The notes below the pieces were generated by a model, which was given only the letters and a program-made list of their open reading frames with translations, searched no databases and had not been told where the DNA came from. A program made the translations under genes and the position numbers. Positions 26,668 to 40,781 of a stretch of 64,000 nucleotides of DNA are shown piece by piece (the first letter of the stretch is position 1; the number at the start of each line of letters is the position of its first letter). Source of the stretch: Catajapyx aquilonaris (Eukaryota); assembly GCA_000934665.2 (NCBI GenBank), contig KZ538146.1, positions 1-64,000 of the forward strand, read 5' to 3'.

Positions 26668-29600
26668 ATGGTGTACCGCGACCTATATGCTTTCATTGGC
26701 AAGGTGCAAGTGGAGCAACAGTCGTGTCCAAAAGGGCCTAGGGCCGTGAACTCGGAAGAGAGTCGAACAAATATGGTCACATCAAAGCGGTAGCTACAAT
26801 AAATCGTCTGGGAGGTAATGTATTGTGTGCAGATTCATGAACTCGGAAATCATCTGCCCTCTTTAATTCCTTACCAAATAACACACGATGCGTGTTTGCG
26901 TCCCATGAGTCACAAAAGTGAAAGTCACAATGTGGCTTTTCTGGATGTGTTGTATAGTAAGAATGTCAAGCCTGGCCAGGGGTGAAACCAGTATTCCACA
27001 CTCGATTGTTTCACGTATGCGGCATTAGGGAAATCCATTTGTATATAGTGGGTTGCCATATCCACATTTCCAAATTCCTGATAAGTGTTTACATATTTAT
27101 TTGTTCAATCAACAGCCTTGATGCTCCTAATCCTATGTACCGGAACATGTGGCCAAAGTGGGAACCAGCAACCCACCCAAAGCAGTCAACAACAGCAGCA
27201 GACGCCGACACAGCAACAGCAACAGCAATCACGAGACGAGAACCTGACATATGAAGACGACTACGAGGACCACAGCGACGGTATCTGGCAACCACCGGAC
27301 TACAGCTATTACTTCTCTCCGGGTGACCCCGAGACAGAAGGAACCGCCAAATCCCCTCACCTAACCAGCATTCCCGAGACCAATTTTACCTGTACCGACA
27401 AAGTCCCAGGGTACTATGCCGACGACGACCCCACTTCACAGTGTCAGGTACAGTGCGCTGGTCCAAGCTATGCTAATATGATATGAAATATGGGAAGGCC
27501 TCTAGGGGCAGTCCGAAATTTGCATGGCTGACAATGGCAGACCGCCAGTTTGCTAGGCAGCAAGCGAGGCGACATGTCTGCGAAAAGATATTGCTCGAAT
27601 GCCATGGGCAACTTCCTATAGTCATCCATCCGTCTCCCCGTGCCTACCATGACCCACGGCACTCCCTGTCCCTCAGCAAGGTCAACAGCAGATACAATGC
27701 AGAGTTCGACAACCCCCCAAGCATGTGTGCCCGCCGGGCTAAGATGGGCGTCCCGCGGCCATCTTGCTATTGATTTGCAATCTGCTTCAAAGAAAAGAAC
27801 CACTAATTGCCTATTTCTGGCCCATCAGACAGGGCATTGTCTACGCGGGTCAACGTGCACAGAACGGTGCTTCCTACTTGGCTGTCGTTATTTGAATATG
27901 AAAGTATGACCTTGGTGATGGGTGCTTCATGCCCTTTTTTTTTTACAACAGGCTGTGAATGTCTCTTTCGGTGTGCTTGACAATGGAAACTTGTTGATAC
28001 ATCGTGCCTGATAGCGGATATAAAATGGAATAACTACAGGAAATGCAACGGTGAGCGAAACGATTGTCCAATTGCAGAGAAAGCCGATGTCCTGCCACTA
28101 GCAACTTACAAAAAAAAATATGTCTTGCAAACTCTTTGGACATGATTTTGTGCTTCGATCTTGATTAGCAGTTTCATGCAACCGCAATTTTTAGGGGCCG
28201 TTTTCACTGATCCGCAGGAATTTAGCGGGCGTGAAAATTGGGTATCATTGTGTGGATCGTCACGATTACCAGGCCAATTTCATGGCTCAAAAGTGGAGTC
28301 AGTCATTACTGCCAGGCGGCATTCAAGTTTAAGGTTACTTTCATGAATTATCGCACTTTCATAACAAAAAAAAAATGCAACTCCGTCCATGTTAGGTAAC
28401 AAAAGCATGTGGTCACCAAGTGAAAGTAATCTCCTCCACCTCTCATTTTTTTTAAAAAAAAAGCTCTTATTGTTTATTGTCGCTGTCTTAGTCGTGGCAA
28501 AAGTAGAGCCAACATAAAACGCTTGTAAAGATCTACATGACATCACTTTAATTGCTACTAATCGACCCCCAACACGAACCATTCATTTCGACATAATAAC
28601 GCCCTTATTGATGCACCATATTACAACCATAATTAATAACAGAGCCAGGAGAAAACGGGACAGCTCTATCCAACAATTTATAACAGCTTTAAAAAAAAAA
28701 AAGATAGACCTGAAAATAAAAAAAAGCGATGAAAGCCGCTTCGATAAATAACCTCCCGAGAAGACTGGTCTCAGAGAAAAGATGTAGGTCTTCTTGGCCA
28801 AAACCTGCCAGAAGAATGAAGCAGTTCGCATCAACGGCAAAGGTCGCCGGCACACGGAGGAAATGAGCCAAGCCTCATTCTCATAACGTGCTCGGGATTT
28901 TCGTTTTAGAGATGCGCTTCACACAACCATGACCTGCTTTCGTTGGGTCAATCGCCCGAATCTGGCAAAATTGGCTGCTTCCTGACGTGGCTAATTACAT
29001 GGGTGCGTTCGTATCAGCACAGGTTTCCAGTCGAAATTAGCGTGATTTTAATAAATAAAACTGACTTTAAAAAAATATATATAATGTGCAAGGTAGGGTG
29101 AAAGTCTGGGGGGGTGAAAAGAGCGCCAAATATATATGAAACTGTGCCCCAAAACGCGATGACCTTTTACCTTAACCAAAGGAAAGTTCTGGGGGGGCTT
29201 CTATATAAAATTTTTTAATACTATTATTTTCTAGTGAAGGGAGCGGAAGCTGGCGGCAATATGGACATATGTTGTTTCAGTATAAATAAACATCACGTCT
29301 GAATTTTTGTCGTGTAGGAATTTAACAAGCTGCTGATGTTGAAGTATGATAAAAAAAGGGCCAATGTATACGTCAGCGGATAATTCGTTGCGTGAACTTT
29401 CACACCGATTAGCAGCAACCACAGTCAGTATGCAGTAAGGCCATAATTACACGGCCAAACTGGACGCAACGTCACGCTGACTTACCTGCAAATTAATTTC
29501 TCCCATGCGAGGCCCAACATTTTCCATTTTTCGTCAGCCTGGTTTGGCAGCCTGGAAAATCAGGGAAAAATATTGCCTAGGACTAATACAGTAGGAGCTA

Positions 29601-31553
29601 AAACAGTGTCTGGTTATTAGAGAGTGGTACTTTAAAAAAGTTCATTAATGTGATGACTGAAAGTGGTAATTAAGGTGAAGAAAAAGGTATCCTTGGAAGT
29701 AATGTTGAAGAGGCCCTCCTATGGTCTGAACCCCTGGGTTGTATGTAAGGGAGAAAGAGAAGGGGGCAAAAATGGGCAATAGTGAATGGGACAGGAGAAG
29801 CTGAATCGTATGTGGGCTTTCATGTGATGTAAATGGCAATTGGTGTATGTCAAGTGAAAGTGAGGGTGAATATTTTTTTTTTTTTTTTTGGGGGGGGGGG
29901 ATAAGTTATGAAGACATAATACCGAAAAGGATGGTCCGAATTCCGGAAGCTGTTGAAGACGTCTCCAAAAGCCCTACCTTGAACTCTGGCCCCACCCTTG
30001 GACTTGGCTATGCCCCCGTAGTTTAATTGGCAGAGCGCAGGCATTTCCCCCCTGAAGGCCTGAGGTCCGGGTTCGAGCCCCGGCGGGGGTAAAACTAATG
30101 CTACCCATCACCCATTCTTTACAGTCCACTTTCACTTTCATCCTATGTGCGTCTTCTCAAATCGTAAATCAATGCAAGGCGGCATAAATTACACAAGTGC
30201 ATTACTAACCTTTTAAAGCCGCCCGTCACATATTAAGCAGCCATTAAGATCTGTTTTTAGTCATTAGAACGGGGCAATTAGTATGACGCAACCGGAATGA
30301 CGTAACACACAATATGCGTCGTGAATTCGGATTACAGACGACTTATTATGTAAGATATAATCTGATTATAGTTTTGAAGATAACCATTAGAGAAAGCAAT
30401 TGTTCCAATCTCAACTTTCTCGCACTCTAGTGTATCGGGGTCTGACTAGTCAGTCATAAATGCAAATTTTGTTGCGAATATAAAAATTTGTTTCCTCGTA
30501 TTCAAATGGCACCTATGACCAGGAGCCAGTTAAACGGAGAAAGGCTTGCTCCTGTTTGCGCTTCCAACTTTCTCTTCGAAAGAGCAGAAAGGCGTTTCCT
30601 GCAATTGGGTCGCACGCGGATTTCATAGAGAGATGGAGGTCACAATGAGATGACTATGTTGTGTGCAGGGCAAGTTTGAGTCGGAAGTAGTGGGGGTGAT
30701 TAAATTGGCAACTAAGGCAATCAGGCTCGAAACCTTCCGTGTTATTATTATATTAAATCTATTGGTCGAAACCAGTTTTTTTTTGTGGGTGTTGTAAAAC
30801 AATAGTCATTTTTATATTGTTGGAACGTAAACTACACCTGTATGAGAAAGTATGGCAGAAGGTGTGATTTTTTTTGGAGGTATTGAATCGGACCGGAACA
30901 ATACATCACCGGTACACAACATAGACTAATGAGGGTAGTCCATATTTGGTGCACAAACACAGGCTGCGGTCACTAACTGGTTTCAAGCCTTGTTCAAATC
31001 GTGATAAATACTGGTCAAGAAAGGGAAACCGAAGGACTTCTGATCTTCATTTCCCTACAACGCAGGTCTAGTGAAAGTATTCGTAGAAGGTTGTGACATT
31101 AGTAAATATCGGCTCATTTATCTGCTCAAGATAGTGTAGGAAAAACAAGAATAGTTGGAACCTAGCAATAATGTAGTGGATGGTAGTACAAAAATGGAGC
31201 GCAAATGTGGGTCGTATGCATGCGGAGCTGTAAATGAAGAAAGGTAGTAAAACAGCTATATTATCTTGCTTTCTTTTCCTCTATAACGAGGCGTGGGAAA
31301 CTATGTAAAATTGGTGGTAAAAAAAGTGCGTCTTTGTTTAGTCTACCTACTCGTTTGTCAATCTTTTCAGGCCTTCCACTACTGTCATCACAATGGCGAC
31401 AAGACCAGCTTCCTCTGTCCAGCCTTCACCATCTTCAACCAAAAGTTCTTCGTTTGTGACTACTACCAGAACTTTGACTGTGCGATTGCCAGGCAGTACT
31501 ACGCTCTTAATGGTCAGCTGTACACGGTGCCGGACGACCGCAGGAGACGGTGA
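26668..31553 (+). CDS. Secreted CBM14 chitin-binding protein (CPAP1 / U-scoloptoxin(01)-like), ~181 aa
   Basis: Exon 27116-27447 (LMLLILCTGTCG, Gln-rich, acidic, IPETNFTCTDKVPGYYADDDPTSQCQ|GT) joins exon 31371-31553 (CAG|AFHYCHHNGDKTSFLCPAFTIFNQKFFVCDYYQNFDC...) in phase 0, giving C-x16-C-x5-C-x10-C-x12-C-x7-C. The first coding exon, 26668-26698 (MVYRDLYAFI, GC donor), is less certain; an alternative start is the ATG at 27121. Confidence 0.88.
30012..30091 (+). mobile_element. tRNA-derived SINE head / tRNA-like cloverleaf
   Basis: Acceptor stem GCCCCCG/CGGGGGT, A box TAGTTTAATTGG, T arm CCGGG-TTCGAGC-CCCGG, anticodon stem CAGGC/GCCTG with a 15-nt loop. Confidence 0.6.
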
Positions 31554-32897
31554 CTGGTGTGATGTTATTTTGGGAAACATTTTTCGTGGGACCTGCGCAG
31601 GATGTGTCAAGATGGCTGCCATTTGTCCATTTGCATGGCATACGGCGCTGGACCTGTAATCTTGTGCCTTCTTTCACGTGCACAAATGTGAACTAATTAG
31701 GTCTCTTGTTTTCTTACAGTGAGTTTTTTTTGTGGTAGAGACTAATTAGATCGTTTTTGGACATCTTAACTGGAGCGCACTAGTCAATATTCCATATTAG
31801 TAGAACGGCTCAGTTGGCATCTGCACACAAGACATTGTTGTCTTTAGAGGCGAAAAACGTATTGGGGTGGATACCAGATTATTCAGAGCCCGAGTAAATG
31901 CTATTGTTCTGGGCATCGGCAGTTTACATCAGTTGAGTACGGTAACCTTATGGTTCTTTGATTCAGTCAGTGGAAGGTTTCAGTCTGGCACTATAGGATT
32001 GGCTGGCTTGGATCATGTGACCGACAGAGTGGTCACAGTCAACTGTAAACTGGTTTTATATCTCAGAGAAATTGCTAAATATGACATGTTGCAGTGCCTA
32101 AGTGTAATAATACTGTGGTTGCACACAAAGTGATTCTGGGAGTAGGGTATAAATGGCCTTGGAAGATGCAGACCATTATGTATTGATGACCACGAGAGAG
32201 CTACTTTCGTTGACTCTCGGTGACTCTTCAGAAGAGCCACAACACATTCGTTATTCATCAGCAAAAAAATGCCATGAGATGCAAATTCCTTTCGCTGTGT
32301 AATATATTCTAAGAAAGAACGTAGACCTAATAAAAAATTATGCGTCCATTTTCATGTACGTGAATGCCATCGGTATACAAGTACAGTATGTTTCAAGTGT
32401 CCGGGTCCTTTCAGTTATCGCAAATTTCGCACGAAGTTGTCATTTTTATGTAGCTGTTTGCGCCCCGATGGAGGTGCCCAATTATTACCAGGTGTGGTTG
32501 AACATAGAAGGTGCTAAATTATTGGGCACCTCTATCAGGGCGAAAAAGCTACATCAAAATAACGTCTTCGGATTAAAGCAATAACTAAAAGGACCCGAAT
32601 AATTGCACACAGGTTGTTCTATTTCTATTTTTCGCAAGTGTAAGAAATAGGCTTGAATATTTTTGAAAGCTTTTTGTCAATGATATTATGCTTCTAATTG
32701 TCAACAGTAACATATTAAAGAATACTTGATATACATGTGCTATTTTGGATGTTCCATTTAGGGCCGGTTGTATCAATGCAAATTGAGGAAGAAATCTCCG
32801 GTTGTGTCTAATTATGCGTTAATATAATTGGTTACCCCGTGATATGCCTGTTTGCTTGCTTTATTGCTATCCACGCAAATTCTTGAGAAATTCCTCT

Positions 32898-32976
32898 GAC
32901 AGACCAAGGGATCGAACTCGGGACCTCAGGTGGTGGATGGCAGTGATGCTAACCACTACATAGCACCGCGCCACCC
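32898..32976 (-). mobile_element. tRNA-derived SINE head
   Basis: Reverse strand reads ...GTAGTGGTTAGCATCACTG...GAGGTCCCGAGTTCGATCCC (A and B boxes). Confidence 0.55.
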
Positions 32977-35900
32977 TTACGCATTGTGTATTGTGTGAAT
33001 ACCTGTGATTTTCCCTAATTTGCTTTAATATAACCGGCCCTTCGAATTACAAAGTTTACGTAATTGTCTTGTATCATCCAGAAACTATACAGAATTCACT
33101 ACAACCCAATGTACATTTGCCGAATATAAGATGTTTCGTAACATATTGTAACGGAATACACGAACATTCAGTGTTCATCTGAGGGTTACATCCTACTTAG
33201 ATTACATTTGTGCACCAACTACATTTGTATTTCTATTACGGTACCGACGTGTCAAGTTAGTAGAATATTTGAAAGGTATTGAATGTAAATATTGAAATGT
33301 TACCATGGTCGTAAAGAGTGCTGATGCCTGAAATATAATATCAAAATGTTGCTTTTACTATGCAAATAAAATCCTTGCAGTTAAGCAATTAAACTCTAAG
33401 TTATTGCAGTGTATGAAGGAGGTAACTAATTTTATGGCACTGAACCAAACATTCACTTGAATTGCATTCAATCGCCCCTGCCATATACAGTATGTTAATT
33501 GTTAACTATACACTGTAAAAGTTTACGTCTCAGAAACGAGTGTCAGGGGCCACCAATAACGTTTTGTAATTAGTCCTGAATCAGTCCTGTTTTACTTCGG
33601 GCGATTCTACGAATTTTTTAGAGAAATGGTGATTGCCACTCAATTATTTTTGAGTCCATATTGTTCACTAAGACTGACATTGATGTGATTTTTCATTATA
33701 TTGACCTATTTGCAGCGTTATCATACTGTGCAAGAAGTGTTGCGTAATAATTTATTTCTTTGAATAAGTTTTTTGTGTACAATATGTGGCTAAATGAATT
33801 GGGTGACACCCACCACTTTATAAATAAAAAATTAGGATGAATGTTCCTATAGCTTTCCGTGGCCCCCAGAATTAATAGAAAATCACGTAGAAAATTCATA
33901 TCGCTATTTTGAGATTTTTTCTTCCATAATACTGTATAATGCATCCTGTGTACATTACCAAAACTCTTACTGTCCCAAAATATAGGAGTCCAAAGATTCC
34001 CACCATTGATATAATTTCTACGTATTTAAACTATTCACGTATTTTGACCAAAGGAGCCCGAATGGGACACGCCTCCTGACACTGAGCCCATGTCAGCAAT
34101 GGCCAATTCGGAATACTGTCCAGGAAATTGCGATAATATTTTAATATATTATTAGCTTAATGTGCAATTATTAAAACAAGGTGGTGAGTACCCTCAGGAA
34201 AAGGAGGTTGCATAGTGGTGTATTGGCCATAACGTCACACCTTTCATCCTCGGAGGTTCCGAGTTCGATCTTCGATTGGATAAATAGACCGATAACAGAT
34301 TGGGCCTCCACTCGTCCTCACAAACCCTCATTCAAGTTGTTAAATAAGATTACTATTCAGAGTGTGTTGTGTCCCAGTCACAATGCTTATTGCCTGTTTT
34401 GCATCATTTCCATTATTTTCCATTACAATTTTTTGCACTCCGCAAATTCCTCATGACTGCATTCTGTGCTATTGGTTCAATTTTCCGGGAGGAAAAAGCA
34501 GACCGTAACCATTACGGCCTCAATTTCGGTGAGAAGATTCGGTCCAATGTGTCCAGAGCCTTATACTACTCAAGGTACGAGTATAAGTGGCGTCCTAAAA
34601 ACGTCATCACAAGGTCAAGACTTGTCATTCGAATTTCACTTACAACCATAGATAACCTGTTGATGTTCAGATGAATGGCTCTCCACATTTATAATAGCCC
34701 TGACATATTTAATCATTATTGCACATTTTAAAATATATTATAGTTTTTCTATCTACTATTAATTCTCTCTCCTCATGACAAGAGATGACAAGAGGTTAAC
34801 AAGATCAAAAATCAATAGTGCATGCTGCCTTTTTTTGCATCGATTATGTAGGCTACTGTACCGGTACAAGTGTGCATTGCATAATACCGAGATAACAGAC
34901 GCATTGTGCCATCTTGTTACATCCGTAAAGAATATTTTTTGTACCTAACATTACAGTATATCAATAATTAGTCTTATTATATCTAAGTTTGATTACGTCA
35001 GCTAAATGATGCATAATTGCACTGAAGTATATTACAAACAAATAAATGCACAAGACATTACCCAGGATTGAAAACTATGTGCATAATAGTCATTTGTACT
35101 CCCACAGTGCTTATAAAATTCGAAGAAGTTCACTAGTAATGATTATAAAACACACTATGCACATTCACCTCCCACCTTTGACATTATACCAGTCCAGTGA
35201 TGGGTTCCCGACTTTAATAATAAAAGATTCCCAGTGCCGGATGTCCCAATCAGTTAATTTTTTACAGCCGGTTTAGATCATGCACCAGTGTTACGTCAAC
35301 TTAAGCCAGGTGCTTATTGTTTTGACATTAACACTACAATCCAACCACCACATCGCATCGGCATGGTTGTAGCAGCTTACCATTCTTTTTGACTCCTGAA
35401 ATTAATGGTGGCAAACTTTCGCAGGACAATGTAGTCAGTTCTTGGGATGTAACCAGGATTGCTTTCAAAGTTATTGACGAACCAGATATGCCAATAAGAT
35501 ATTTATTGCAAGGTCCGATGTATCCAACACTGATTACCTGAGAAATAAGGATTTTGATTTAACAGACGGAAGTTCTTAAATTTGTTTATTGACCAGTTTG
35601 ACAGCAGTGAACAGGGGGGGTACTTTAAAAACATTTTGCAAATTTCCAAATTTCCAGAATTTAACAAATGCTGACTGAGGGAGAAAGGCAGTGGCAGTTG
35701 AGCGCTCAACTACCTCTCCCTGCTTCTCTCAGAAACCATTGTTAAATGCCTGCATCAGTCCAGGTTCGCAGCCACACATGCAATAGACCAGGCAATATTT
35801 CGGTATATACTCTTATACAATGTGTATCTTGTTAATGGCGAATCCTGGGAGTCTCGATCATCACTGCTAACACGATCTGAAAATACAAAATAGTATTAGT

Positions 35901-36645
35901 TACGTGTACTTTTATAGTCAGCGTGACAATTACATACCGCACGTGATGCACATGATTCCTAGTTGCTCCATTGGTTTTTTAAAAATGTTAAAATCCTCAT
36001 TAACTGAGAACGATTGTTGATAAAATCAGTTTAAAAACTGAATTTCCTTCCTGATTGACAGCATCTGAAACAATGCTAGTTTAGTAACTATAACAATGAT
36101 TTAATTACCGTCGTCATCCAGGCAGCATTGTCCAAATTGAATCAGTTGTTCAATCTTTCAATTCAGTCCCAATATTTCATCCAATGTGAGCCAGGGTTTT
36201 TGCTGAAGCTCCTGTGCTGGAAAAAAGGAGGACCAGTTTAAACTCATTAAAACCATATGATTGCATTATTGAAAAGGATACGTATGGCCATTCCGCTGCT
36301 GTGCCTGGATGAGCTGCACCTGAAACACACAGCTGGTAGGTTAGCTTACGTTCATATGACCCATCATGAATTACACACACACATTTACACTATTTCAGGT
36401 TGTAGTTCTGCTAATGAGGCGAATAAGCCCTACCTAACCCCAAAACGCGACGAGAACAAGAATATTCGTCTCATCCAGAACTTCAGCCGTAACTTGCAAA
36501 ACCTCCAGACCCATTTTATTGTAATGGTATTCACGAGAGGCTACTCTCCTCATGAATGCCATTTCAAACTAAAATAGCCGACAGGTTTTGTGCAAGTTAC
36601 CAGGCAAAAATTAAATGGAAATTTCAACTCACCAAGAATTTGCTC

Positions 36646-36758
36646 GGTCCTCCGGCAACAATGGTCCTCCCGCAACAATGGTCCTCCCACAACAATGGTC
36701 CTCCCACAACAATGGTCCTCCCACAACAATGGTCCTCCCACAACAATGGTCCTCCCAC
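36646..36758. repeat. 17-bp minisatellite (GGTCCTCCCACAACAAT) x ~6.6
   Basis: Head-to-tail units with no spacers; the first two copies carry substitutions. Confidence 0.95.
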
Positions 36759-39305
36759 GTCAATCTGACACCTGCAATGGTTGAAATAATTAAATTAGTC
36801 AATGGTTTTAACAAAATGCCCCCCTCCCATCCCATCCCCCCACCCAGGTCTGGTTATTGCACATGGTACCAGTACATTAATTGACACCGCCAACAATTGG
36901 GAGGAGGAAATGGCCAGACAATACGCGACCCTCCCCTCCCGCTTCCCAGGTGAGAAAGGCTCCACTCCCAAAAAAAGCTACTCCCCCGCAAGGCCTCTTG
37001 GTCAGATCGGAGAAGACCAAACAGCTCCTCCGACCTTTGACCCAGTCCTTCCGAGGTGAAGTGCACGTTATCATCAGTCACCACTACAGCCGCCGTCTAC
37101 GTGATACTTGATTTGAAGCCTAGCATAATATGGGTCCCTCCAAAATGACATTGTCAGCGACGGCATTGGTGACCTCCACGTTAACACTTCTGCCCATCCC
37201 CTCTACAATCTCAGTCAAATGCATTGAGCATTTGACCGATAATTCGACGCGAACAAGTGTAATTAGTATTGACACACAACACGTGTGAAGAGAAACATTC
37301 GTATAGCGACGAAATGCACCAAACTCTTCACAAAACGAGTGTGTGTGAACCTAGTTGTGTATCTGTTGGACCTGTTCGGTCCGAATGGAGCCTTTCTCTG
37401 CATGTGTCCCACTACCTTACTGAAGAGGTCAACTTCAGGTCCGATGGAGGCGGAGGTCAACTTCAGGTCCGATGGGGGCCGGGCTTGTTATGGGTTGGCA
37501 CTATCCAGGCAGCATCTATAATGATAATGAGGAACGTGTAGTATCCCAGAAGACTATCACAAGCACACAATTAACTTACCACTGACTTCATATGATGAAG
37601 TCTCCGCAGTAGCCCGGAAAACCGGCCGCACCATCACCAGCACCAGTACATGTGAACTAAGGCGAGTGAACCTGTGACATGCCTATTTTTATAACCAGTG
37701 GGAGGTGATACGCCCGGAGACAGTCACATGACATTTCAATGCATGCACAGCCTCGCAAAGCCTGATGGGAGATTTTTTTTTCTACCAGAAAGATAACCTG
37801 AGCATGTGGCCTGTTTGATTATGGCGCATGTTATTGTAGTCTCTTGTAATACCAAATGGGTTGGAAATGCAGGTGATAATGCTATTATCTTAAAATTTTC
37901 CCGACCAATTAATATCTGCTTTTAGCTCAAAACACCCAATTAATGTTACTGTTTGTTGCTTATGCGTATGTGCCAGATATGGTTCTGTGCGGTGCATATC
38001 TAGTTTATGTAAGTAATCTAATATAAGTATGTAGAAAAATGCTAATTTAAATAAAGCTAATTACTATTTTTCGGCTTCGGTTGGAATAATTTTTTTTACG
38101 GCCTAACAGGCTTCCGTTATATGAGACCCCGAAACCAAATAAGAATATTTCCCAATGATCGGTTTCTCTTGAATAAGGTTTTAAACAGAAAAGCGAGGCA
38201 GCCTTGATTCTCTCTCGGTACCGTATCACTGATTACTGCCAGGCCCCGCGCTTCCAGATCCTAATTATTCTGAATTTCGTAACTAAAGGCTACTAAATAC
38301 GAATTTGTGCGTTTTTTGCCGCGAATTTGAATTAAGCTATGCCGATTATTTACTAATGCACGTATTTTACGAGCAAAATTTCCGCAATATTTTCCACATC
38401 AGTTGATAGCCATTTTTAAACGAGTTAAATGTATGTAATTGTAAGACTGTAATATTTATCACCAATGGGGCATAATAAATTACAATAAAAATTTAAAGCG
38501 TCCATATTTGATAACATTGAATTTACTGACGGTGAAGTGCGATGTGGCAGCAGGTAGCAAAATTCTGTTTCCAGTGCAGTGGACTATTACATTTTGTCAC
38601 ATTCATGTGGGTGTGTGCTATACGAGTGACTAACTAGTGCAATTAAAAATGTGTGGCATATCCCGCCCGGGGATTAGCACGTACTCGGTGTAGCTTCTTT
38701 CATTAGGTTTCGTGAACGTGCATGACCAACAATGAGGCTCGATAAAAAGTGATGGGTGACTTGCTCTAGCCTATGTGCATTCCTATTGGTAAAATCCCAA
38801 TGTACAGTACAGTACATCGGACTGGAATGCCCATCTGGTAGAAATCCGTGGGTAACAATGGAGTAAGACATCCATCAAGTTTTAATTTGCCCCATTGTTG
38901 AAGCGGTATCAGATCGGGAAGTGTAACCATATACCCTGTCATGAGATATGATGAGGTCATTTGATCATTGCTTAATGGTACGAGCTAATCCTGAATATCT
39001 GAAAATATTAAAATGTGGCCACACATTCACATTATAAAAGTAGGAAAAATCTGGATTTTATGCTTGTTTTGGCTCATAATAATCAGAACCGGACCGGAAT
39101 TACGACCGTGGTTAGCAATTTCTCGCCCTAGTACTTGTATGGTTATTGTCAAGCTGCTGCTTTTCAGAGGTTACCAAAATATTTGCGGCTAGCATTAGGT
39201 TGTAAGGAGGCATCCTTTTTAGCTGACTCAGTGAGGGTTTATGCTGCAAAAAACTGGTTCAACAATGACCACAAAAGCCAGTAGGTAGTAACCTCGGTCA
39301 TAACT

Positions 39306-40280
39306 GAAGGGGTTAGAACCATAGTGGGCCATGTCCACTTGGAGAAGTTTTGAGAAATTTTGGCCTAAAGTTCCCACATCACACTAAATCACTGGGGCAG
39401 GTTTACTTCAAAATACATACATCATTGCATTCGTCATAGTTATGTGCCTCTGATTCTATTTTGATCAAGTTGGAGAACCTTGTGTGTCGTCCACAAAATA
39501 ACCTGAATTCATGAGATCGGAAAAAACAGTGTTTGGACATGGACCACTTTGGTTTTCAACAGGAAGAAATGACAACCTAGAACGGAAAATAACATATCAA
39601 TATGAGCAGTAAATTGAGAATTGCTTGAGTAAGGCCTTTGGTACAGCTTTAATCAATTGGTGAAGGTCTTACGTGCGCCTGCCTTGTTTCAGTACTGTCA
39701 TTCTGCCACAGAGTCTTACTTCTCTTTTTTTCACTGAAGGGAATGTTTTTGCTCTTATCAATATTATGAATGATTGTCATATTTTTGGATAATCCATCTG
39801 TATACTTGTTCCTAGCATGGTTTAATAACGAAACAAGATTTTCATAGGTGGCACCACAGAAAAATCTTTTAATAATCACAATATTAATCATCATGAACCA
39901 AGCTGTTATAAAAGTCATGGCAGTTTGGTGGTAAATATTTCAGTAACATCTGCAAATCACGGTATTTTGCACCTGAAATGGGACGAACTGACACGTTTTC
40001 GAGCTGTCCTGTCACCGTCCGCCTCCATGTTGGAATGCATGCCCATGTGACCAGAATGGGGCTATCCTATTGGCTCATGGGGACATGGCCCAGTATGTTC
40101 CTCAATGAATTCCCCTACAGGGAAAGTAGTGATATTTGCACAGCCTGAATATCTCACGACAGAGGCAGGATGGCCTCAACATGTCGTGTAGGGACAGAGA
40201 AGTGCCTCTTCTGCTAATAGATGGCGGAATCTGCATTTAACCCAAATATGGACATGGCCCACTATGGTTCTAACCCCTTC
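39306..40280. mobile_element. Non-autonomous TIR element with 4-bp TSD (Sola-like)
   Basis: 32-bp TIR GAAGGGGTTAGAACCATAGTGGGCCATGTCCA and its reverse complement, flanked by AACT on both sides. Superfamily inferred from TSD length only. Confidence 0.75.
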
Positions 40281-40611
40281 AACTATGTACAGGCTACTGA
40301 TCCAGAAAATTCCTTGCTATTACTTGAAGGATGACTTCATCCCACATATTCTCGGCAGCTAAAATTTTTGTGAACACCAACAAGATACGGTAATGTTTAA
40401 TATTAAGCCGCTTAGTGCCAAAAAGTTCCGAAACCTGATGTTAATTAAAGGGGAGATTTCAATGCTTGTTTACGCTTGTTTAAGCTTGTTTAAGCATGGA
40501 CCAAGGGAAGGCCACGCATGTTTTTCTGGTTATATTTTTGAGGAAAATTAATTATTCCATAGGAGCATTTTCCTCCTCTTTCGCTTTCATTTGATATAGC
40601 CTACTATATGA

Positions 40612-40710
40612 GAGGGGCACGGTGATCTAGTGGTTATGCCAAGGGTTATGCCACTGCACTGGCCAGCCGAGCTGCAGGTCCGGGGCTCAAATCTTGTCCC
40701 CGTCACCCTC
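40612..40710 (+). mobile_element. Degenerate tRNA-derived SINE head
   Basis: GGTGATCTAGTGGTTA A box and degenerate B box GGCTCAAATC. Confidence 0.45.
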
Positions 40711-40781
40711 GCCGGGTCAGGCCATGGAGGCGAATATGAACCATCATGTGACGATCTGCAATGCAAACTAGGCCTCTCTGA

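Noticed and set aside
27468..28871. Cluster of 60-110 aa ORFs inside the CBM14 gene 2 intron
   Set aside because: They show no recognisable domains and no consistent exon chain.
36646..36758. Possible CRISPR-like array
   Set aside because: The 17-bp units are contiguous with no spacers, there are no cas genes, and the context is eukaryotic. It is a minisatellite.
37000..37080. Possible C/D-box snoRNA on the minus strand (TGATGA...CTGA)
   Set aside because: The C box is imperfect, there is no convincing terminal stem, and I recognised no rRNA guide.
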